Assembly: GCA_964016885.1 (NCBI GenBank)
Contig: OZ024744.1
Location: 118,234,001 to 118,298,000, forward strand
From: Eledone cirrhosa
Taxonomy: Eukaryota
DNA length: 64,000 bases
Direction of reading: 5' to 3'
Part shown: positions 60,801-64,000 of the stretch, in pieces
How the letters are laid out: each line of letters starts with the position of its first letter
Numbering within the stretch: the stretch's first letter is position 1
Notes under the pieces: model-generated
Told to the model about the DNA's origin: nothing
The model's database searches: none
What the model saw: only the letters and a program-made list of their open reading frames with translations
Made by a program: the position numbers and the translations under genes

Positions 60801-62471
60801 CAGGAGATATATCATGTCAGGGAAGGTAGATGTCATATGTGACAAGTACACAGCAGATATGAGATTGTGTCAGGGAAGGTAGATGTCATATGTGACAGGT
60901 ACACAGGAGATATATCATGTCAGGGTAGGTAGATGTCATATGTGACAGGTACACAGGAGATATATCATGTCAGGGAAGGTTGATGTCATCTGTGACAGGT
61001 ACACAGGAGATATATCATGTCAGCGAAGGTTGATGTCATCTGTGACAGGTACAGAGGAGATATATCATGTCAGGGTAGGTAGATGTCATATGTGACAGGT
61101 ACACAGGAGATATATCATGTCAGGGAAGGTAGATGTCATATGTGACAGGTACACAGGAGATATGAGATGATGTCAGGGAAGGTAGATGTCATATGTGACA
61201 GGTACACAGGAGATATGATATCATGTCAGAGTAGGTAGATGTCATATGTGACAGGTACACAGGAGATATGAGATGATGTTAGGGAAGGTAGATGTCATAT
61301 GTGACTGGTATACAGGATATATAATATCATGTCAGGAAAGGTAGATGTCATATGTGACAGGTACACAGGAGATATATGTCAGGGAAGGTAGATGTCATAT
61401 GTGACAGGTACACAGGAGATATGAGATGATGTCAGGGAAGGTAGATGTCATATGTGACAGGTACACAGGAGATATAATATTATGTCAGAGAAGATAGATG
61501 TCATATGTGACAGGTACACAGGAGATATGAGATCATGTCAGGGTAGGTAGATGTCATATGTGACAGGTACACAGGAGATATGATATCATGTCAGGGAAGG
61601 TAGATGTCATATATGACAGGTACACAGGAGATATAATATCATGACAGGGAAGGTAGACGTCATATGTAACAGGTACACAGGAGAAATGAGATGATGTCAG
61701 GTAAGGTAGATGTCATATGTAACAGGTACACAGGAGATATAATATTATGTCAGAGAAGATAGATGTCATATATGACAGGTACACAGGAGATATGAGATCA
61801 TGTCAGGGTAGGTAGATGTCATATGTGACAGGTACACAGGAGATATGATATCATGTCAGGGAAGGTAGATGTCATATGTGACAGGTACACAGGAGATATA
61901 ATATCATGACAGGGAAGGTAGATGTCATATGTGACAGGTACACAGGAGATATAATCAGATCATGTCAGGGAAGGTAGATGTCATATGTGACAGGTACACA
62001 GGAGATATAATCAGATCATGTCAGGGAAGGTAGATGTCATATGTGACAGGTACACGGGAGATATATCATGTCAGGGAAGGTAGATGTCATATATGACAGG
62101 TACACAGGAGATATCATATCATGTCAGGGTAGGTAGATGTCATATGTGACAGGTACACAGGAGATATATCATGTCAGGGAAGGTAGATGTCATACGTGAC
62201 AGGTACACAGGAGATATATCATGTCAGGGAAGGTAGATGTCAGATCTGACAGGTACACAGGAGATATGATATCATGACAGGAAAGGTAGATGTCATATGT
62301 GACAGGTACACAGGAGATATGATATCATGTCAGGGAAGGTAGATGTCATATGTGACAGGTACACAGGAGATATGATATGTCAGGGTAGGTAGATGTCATA
62401 TGTGACAGGTACACAGGAGATATGAGATCATGTCAAGGAAGGTAGATGTTATATGTGACAGGTACACAGGA

Positions 62472-62692
62472 ATAGTCAATAGGAAAGGAACTCAGGAAAT
62501 AGACTCCCTGAAATATTCAGAAGGTTGACTAGAAGTAGTTGATAGCTTTTGCTATCTAGGTGCCTTCATTAGCAATGGTAATAGATGTATTGAAAGTGAT
62601 GTTACCAGAGTGAGAAGAGGATGGAAAACATTCAGGGCAGATTCTATGAGGCTTGTATTTGAACTGCTATGTTACATGGCAGTGAAACCTGG
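62472..62692 (+). mobile_element. Decayed non-LTR retrotransposon (RTE-like LINE) ORF fragment, region downstream of the RT core
   Basis: Manual translation: IVNRKGTQEIDSLKYSEG*LEVVDSFCYLGAFISNGNRCIESDVTRVRRGWKTFR, then after a deletion/frameshift GRFYEACI*TAMLHGSETW. LEVVxxFxYLG, RIxxGWxxF and LxGSETW are characteristic RTE-clade motifs. Two in-frame stops. Confidence 0.88.
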
Positions 62693-62818
62693 ATCAGATT
62701 GTGAAAGTGGCTGAAAGAGTTTTAGCTCAACTAATTACAAATAGAATTAGATGAGATGCAGTTTGGATTTGTGCCAGGGTAGAGTACAAATGATACCTTC
62801 TTAGTGAAACAACTGTAC
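62689..62818 (+). mobile_element. Decayed RTE-like LINE fragment, N-terminal part of the reverse transcriptase domain
   Basis: LDQIVKVAERVLAQLITNRI, frameshift, then LDEMQFGFVPG*STNDTFLVKQL. QFGFxPGRSTxDxxF is the conserved non-LTR RT motif. Confidence 0.88.
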
Positions 62819-62820
62819 AT

Positions 62821-62920
62821 GGAACTGAGAAAATGGACTCCCTCAAGTGTTCAGAAGGTTTACTAGAAGTAGTTAACCGTGAAAGTGTTGTAACAAGTGT
62901 GAGCAGAGAATAAAAAACTA
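62821..62920 (+). mobile_element. Second diverged, internally deleted copy of the LINE segment at 62487-62620
   Basis: GGAACTGAGAAAATGGACTCCCTCAAGTGTTCAGAAGGTTTACTAGAAGTAGTT aligns to GGAACTCAGGAAATAGACTCCCTGAAATATTCAGAAGGTTGACTAGAAGTAGTT; translates GTEKMDSLKCSEGLLEVVNRESVVTSVSRE*. Confidence 0.8.
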
Positions 62921-63159
62921 GCATTATAACCTTGCCAAACTGTAAGCTGAAATTATAGTATTTGTGATAATGATGCTTATAATTATGAGAATGAGGTGCA
63001 CACTATAGAGCAAGCCTATGGTGCTAAATACCCAAGTGTTCCTCTGCTCATAATTATGATTTGATAGTATTGTAGGTTAACAATATTTCTCATGCAATAC
63101 TCTGATAATAATCAAGAATTTAGGGAGATTCAGTAATGTAATTTTCTCATTATCAAGAT

Positions 63160-63330
63160 GGTGTTTGGAACGTAACTTAAGGTTCTTATATAAAATTATG
63201 ATGGGAGGTTTTTAGATAAATATAAACACTTTAACATAAACAGTTCTGTATGATAGAACCAGGGGTGTTTGGAACATAACTTAACAAATGTTCTTACATA
63301 AAATTATGATGGAAGGTTTTTAGATAAATA
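63160..63330 (+). repeat. Pair of about 65-bp imperfect direct repeats (63160-63222 and 63264-63330)
   Basis: GGTGTTTGGAAC(G/A)TAACTTAA...GTTCTTA(T/C)ATAAAATTATGATGG(G/A)AGGTTTTTAGATAAATA occurs twice. Confidence 0.9.
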
Positions 63331-63410
63331 CTAGCAGAATGGCCTGGCGTTGCTCGGGATTTGCTCTAGGGTTCTTTTATATTTCATATATATTTATCCT
63401 TCTCGAGCCT

Positions 63411-63537
63411 CGTGAAATAAATACGTTTGTTTATATTTTGTTATTGTGTATGCAAAAATATCTGTACACGAATATATAAATAACACGCGAAATAAATACT
63501 TTTGTTTATGCAAAAATATCTGTACACGAATATATAA
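63411..63537 (+). repeat. Internal imperfect direct repeat (63411-63479 and 63486-63537)
   Basis: CG(T/C)GAAATAAATAC.TTTGTTTA and TATGCAAAAATATCTGTACACGAATATATAA each occur twice. Confidence 0.9.
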
Positions 63538-63662
63538 TTATATATATATTAAAATAACATATTAAAGTTTGAGCAAAGAATCGCTGCTGTCACCCTTAAC
63601 GGGATCTTCTGAAACTAAAATAATAAATCTGTGAATGCAGAAGTAATTATTTCGAAAAACGT

Positions 63663-63722
63663 TACACACTATATATATACATATATACACACTATATATA
63701 CATATACACACACACACACATA
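63663..63722. repeat. Compound (TA)n/(CA)n microsatellite
   Basis: TACACACTATATATATACATATATACACACTATATATACATATACACACACACACACATA. Confidence 0.95.
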
Positions 63723-64000
63723 GCGACGTCATAATGATGTAATGCAGACAGTCAGGCATACAGACAGATATTATAAGGGCGCGACGTTATATCTATGTAT
63801 CTATCTAAAAAGAGAAAAACTAAGAGTCATAGACAGAGATCACTAAATCGCCTAATGCAGTGCCTAGGGCATTGAAAATTTGAAATTTTCTTTGCTCAAA
63901 ACATGCACGGGACCATAAGTATTACATGTGTAAAGTTTGAAAAAACTCGGTTGGGTGGTTCTCGAGTTTTAGTGATTGGACAGACAAACAGACATTCTCT

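Larger units (their letters stand above)
1..62471 (+). repeat. Large tandem satellite array, 53-bp consensus monomer (variants 47-56 bp), about 1,200 copies, open at the left window edge
   Basis: The monomer GATATCATGTCAGGGAAGGTAGATGTCATATGTGACAGGTACACAGGAGATAT repeats head to tail from base 1 to ...GGTACACAGGA at 62471, where unique sequence starts. Consensus composition is 18A/16G/13T/6C with no CpG. Confidence 0.99.
63331..64000 (-). mobile_element. Probable non-autonomous Helitron; 3' end at 63331, 5' end probably just beyond the window
   Basis: The minus strand reads ATCCCGAGCAACGCCAGGCCATTCTGCTAG|T: a GC-rich imperfect subterminal hairpin, then CTAG, then target T. The far end (AAAGTTTGAAAAAACTCGGTTGGGTGGTTCTCGAG...GACAGACAAACAGAC) resembles, from memory, the opposite terminus of invertebrate non-autonomous Helitrons. 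Internal repeats and a microsatellite are typical of these. Confidence 0.7.

Noticed and set aside
1-62471. CRISPR array (palindromic repeat with variable intervening sequence)
   Set aside because: The variable parts are 5-14 nt variants of one linker, not unique spacers. There is no leader or cas gene, and the flanks are eukaryotic transposon remnants.
1-62471. Repetitive protein-coding gene suggested by 3-nt indels
   Set aside because: Monomer lengths are not multiples of 3, so the frame shifts every unit and meets TGA/TAG/TAA. The ORF track lists no ORF in the array.
1-62471. Telomeric repeat or G-quadruplex array suggested by G-rich strand skew
   Set aside because: No TTAGGG-like short unit, and only one GGG run per monomer.
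1-62471. Centromere function or nucleosome phasing (53 bp is about 5 helical turns)
   Set aside because: Cannot be supported from sequence alone; mixed 47-56 bp lengths break phasing, and it would need CENP-A or MNase data.
62472-62920. Active reverse transcriptase that synthesises the repeat array
   Set aside because: The RT remnants are short, frameshifted, contain stops and lack the catalytic YADD region.
62727-62924. 65-aa minus-strand ORF from the track
   Set aside because: It lies antisense to recognisable LINE remnants and shows no protein motif; a chance ORF.
63562-63759. 65-aa minus-strand ORF from the track
   Set aside because: The CVCVCICIY stretch is the translated CA/TA microsatellite inside the probable Helitron.

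Overview
Non-genic eukaryotic (animal-like) repetitive DNA. Positions 1-62471 are one continuous tandem satellite of roughly 1,200 monomers. The 53-bp consensus is GATATCATGTCAGGGAAGGTAGATGTCATATGTGACAGGTACACAGGAGATAT, with common 47/50/56-bp length variants. The array is organised into nested kilobase-scale duplications and two variant subfamilies. It carries ten short reverse-oriented inserts of two classes, all with breakpoints at a 10-bp imperfect inverted repeat inside the monomer; the first class is a fold-back mirror copy of the preceding monomers. The array ends in frame with a decayed RTE-like LINE ORF remnant, and the monomer translation (SGKVDVICDRYTG) reads as the upstream continuation of that ORF, suggesting the satellite grew out of this LINE copy. 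The last 1.5 kb holds scrambled LINE fragments, a short direct repeat, and a probable non-autonomous Helitron on the minus strand containing a TA/CA microsatellite. No intact gene, RNA gene or CRISPR array is supported. Coordinates were counted by eye and family assignments rest on remembered motifs, not database searches.
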